From IMG/VR virus record IMGVR_UViG_3300010365_001248, positions 1 to 64,000 of that record: 64,000 bases of DNA; one strand, 5' to 3'. The notes beneath the pieces were generated by a model. It did not search any database. It had not been told where the DNA came from and was given only the letters and a program-made list of their open reading frames with translations. This stretch comes from a virus (lineage: Duplodnaviria; Caudoviricetes). The position numbers and the translations under genes were made by a program. Below are positions 61,308 through 64,000 of this stretch, piece by piece. Numbering within the stretch: position 1 is the stretch's first letter; each line of letters starts with the position of its first letter.

Positions 61308-64000
61308 TTTACGCTATTTCAATTAATAAACCTCTTTACGATTGTGATGATATAAAATATATTTCTGTACAAGAAAGTATAGAAATATTGAATCAAATGT
61401 CTGTAATTCAAGTAGATAGCGAGACAAGTGGCTTAAATCTATACCTATCTAAACTTTTAACAGTTCAGTTAGGTAATGCTAAAGATCAAGTGGTAATTGA
61501 TACTCAGACAGTTGATATTAAACAATATAAATCTATTTTGGAAAGTAAAAAATTAATTCTTCATAATGCAAATTTTGATTTACAATTTTTGTATAAAGAA
61601 GGTATTATTCCAAGAAAGATTTATGATACTATGATTGCTGAACAAGTATTGTATTTAGGGTATCCTCCTGAACAAAAGAAATATAGTTTAGCTGATATTG
61701 CTCTATTTAGATTAAATAAAATAATGGATAAATCTATTAGAACAAATATTGCTAGACTAGGTTTTTGTGAAAGTGTAATACGCTATGGTGCAAAAGATGT
61801 TACTTTTCTAGAAGATATTGCTAAATCTCAAATAGCTGAAGCTCGTCAGAAAAAATGTGTAGATGCTATTATACTTGAATGTAAATTTGTACCTGCTATG
61901 GCTTATCTAGAATTTTGTGGAATTAAACTAGATGAAACAAAATGGAAAGCCAAAATGAAAAAAGATCAAACAGCTTTAAATGAATCTCAAGAAAAATTAA
62001 ATACTTGGTTACGAAATAAAGCTGCTAAAGATTCTAGGTTTAAAAAATTTATTCAGCAACAATTAAATTTATTTGGTTTTGAACCTGATATTTTATTAAA
62101 TTGGAATTCATCAGAACAAGTAGTAGAATTACTTAAATTACTTGGTTTTAATACTGAAGTTAAAGATAAAAAGACTGGAGAAACAAAAGATTCATGTCTT
62201 GAAAAAAATTTAGCTATTCAAAAAGGTATTGATGATGAATTTTTACAAATGTTTTTTGATTATAAAGGAGCTGTAAAAGTAGTATCTTCATTTGGTCAAA
62301 CTTTTTTAAATGCAATTAATCCTATTACGGGAAGATTGCACTTTCATTATAAATGTATAGGAACAGTTTCTAGTCGAATGTCTAGTGGTACAGGTAGAGA
62401 TGCTGAAATTGCTAGATATAAAGGACTTTTAGAGAAAGATTGTCCTAATCTAAATGGGCAACAATTACCTCATGATGCAGAAACTAGAGCTTGTTTCGTA
62501 TCTGAACCTGGAAATCTTTTCGTTTCGTGTGATTATTCGAGTTAAAAATTGACTTATAATTTAAACAAGATCAAATAATTAAATTATTTAATAAATTATA
62601 TTTAAATGCCCATGTATTTTTAAAAAGAAAATATATGAAATGGCTCGACTTTTATGAAAGTAAAAGAAATAAAATGGCTTAAACTGCGGGAACCAGAGGC
62701 AACTGCAATCCGCAACGAAACTTGTCCGCCTAAAAGGCAATTCCAAAGAGACAAGGACGCTCAGAGACTATAATAGCCACACCTAAGTATATTTATATAT
62801 ATGGTGAATGGATAGTCCAGCCTAGTCAGGCTGCAAGAAGGTTATATGCAAGCAGAAATATATGATGAACCTGTACTAAAAGAAATGTATCGTAATGGAT
62901 TAGATTCTCATAGTGTTAATGCTAAAATCTTTTTTAAAGACGAATTAAAAGATATTCCTATTGAAGATGTTAAAAAATTAAGACCAGATTTAAGATCTAA
63001 AGCTAAAGCTCCATTTTTTGCTCTTTCTTAATTGGTAAATTTGTCTTTTTGTTGTAAAAACAAAAAGTTATTACAGACTATTTAAATAAATTTTGTTTAA
63101 ATAGGAAAAAAACAAATTTTTGAGACTTATAGAAGTAATTCTATATGAAACATTGGGTGAATTGCTGGAAAGCTAAACATACTGTAAGTGCATGCCAATC
63201 AGCAGCTTAGTTAACGAAAAGCATAAAAGTAGTTAAAAAGTTCAACGACTAATCTTTGAGAAGCTTATCAATAAAAAGATCACGAGTGCCCAACTCCTTA
63301 ATAAAGGATGATGATATAGTCTGAGCTATATGGAAACATATAGAAATGTATTATAAACAAATACATGATAACATAACTGATGGAGGATCTGCTTCAACTT
63401 TAGTAACTTCTTTAGGTATTTCTAAAAAAGAAGCTCAGCAAATTGTAAATAACTATCAAGAAGGTTATAAAGCAACAATGGAATTTGCTAAAAGGGGAGA
63501 AGCTTTTGTCAAAAAATATGGATATATTTTAATTAATAAAATTACTGGTTTAAAACTATGGTGGTGGGATCATAAAAATTGGTTAGAAGAAGAATATTAT
63601 TTATGTGAACACCCTGAAGAAAGGCGATCTAAAAAATTTAGAACACACAATTCCGTATTAGCTCAATATAGTAGATATTCAAGAAATTATCCAAGTCAGG
63701 GTAAACAAAGACTGCCCTGGGTAAACTCCTTAAATTCGGTGAAAACTGAGATGTTAATACCGAGCCAAGTCTTTTAGTAATAAAAGAAAGGTGTAACGAC
63801 TAGTATATGGAATCCTTTTATAGGATAGTAAAATACCACGAAAAGGGAGATTATATTTTTACTTTTTGTAAAAATATATTAAGATATAGTCTGAACAATA
63901 ACGAAAAAGAAGTTATTGAATCTAAAGATAAAGAACTTTAGAGTTAACATATTTGAGTTCAGCTTCTATGACGAAAACAGCTGCTACAAATCTATTTAAT
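61304..64000 (+). CDS. polA: Family A DNA polymerase, spliced 61304-62542 + 62834-63029 + 63380-63702 + 63956->64000 (partial)
   Basis: Exonuclease motifs DSETSG, HNANFD, DTM and YGAKD. Motif A CDYSS|QE, motif B RSKAK..FALSYGG, and NYPSQG|SSA. Confidence 0.95.
62543..62833 (+). mobile_element. Group I intron 14 (polA motif A)
   Basis: IGS TGGCTCGA pairs TCGAGT|CA; core related to intron 1 (ACTGCGGGAA, CAGAGACTATAATAGC, GGATAGTCCAGC). Confidence 0.9.
63030..63379 (+). mobile_element. Group I intron 15 (polA motif B Tyr codon)
   Basis: T|AT junction restores Tyr; core GAATTGCTGGAA, AATCAGCAGC, CAACGACTA, GATATAGTC. Confidence 0.9.
63703..63955 (+). mobile_element. Group I intron 16 (polA)
   Basis: IGS ACTGCCCTG pairs CAGGGT|AGT; P7 GACTA/TAGTC. 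Confidence 0.9.

Noticed and set aside
31308-63777. Track ORF fragments with odd termini (e.g. MITKL..., MDSPAYF..., ...KILC) as separate genes or frameshifts
   Set aside because: They are exons plus intron read-through; splicing explains them fully.

Overview
AT-rich bacteriophage DNA that looks like a large crAss-like (Crassvirales) phage of a Bacteroidota host. This assignment is inferred from gene content, Bacteroidetes-type promoters and intron load. (1) Positions 1-5.2 kb are the end of a late/virion-associated block whose genes read through in-frame TAG codons (TAG recoded, probably to Gln), plus an NAD-dependent sugar epimerase. (2) 5.3-10 kb holds a 22-bp iteron array before two RepL-like genes, four early genes each preceded by a hairpin plus a conserved CTAGCAAGTAT motif, and a palindrome-rich origin-like tract. 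(3) 10.7-12.4 kb is a tRNA cluster (Gln, Leu, Thr, fMet, Ile-UAU, degenerate Glu, Ser, Lys) with a candidate ncRNA and a foreign duplicated insert. (4) 12.4-30 kb is an accessory region with paralog arrays, a formate/nitrite channel and pentapeptide-repeat genes. (5) 30-64 kb is the replication and nucleotide-metabolism module in standard code. There, 8 genes (vWA, MoxR ATPase, SF2 helicase, DnaB, AAA ATPase, PD-(D/E)XK nuclease, NrdD, PolA) are interrupted by 16 group I introns. I reconstructed these by hand, and each splice restores the reading frame. Only one intron keeps an intact LAGLIDADG endonuclease. Seven form a family with a non-canonical P7 helix, all inserted after GGT, and one carries a small Cys-rich ORF as cargo. 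All calls come from reading the sequence; no database searches were run.
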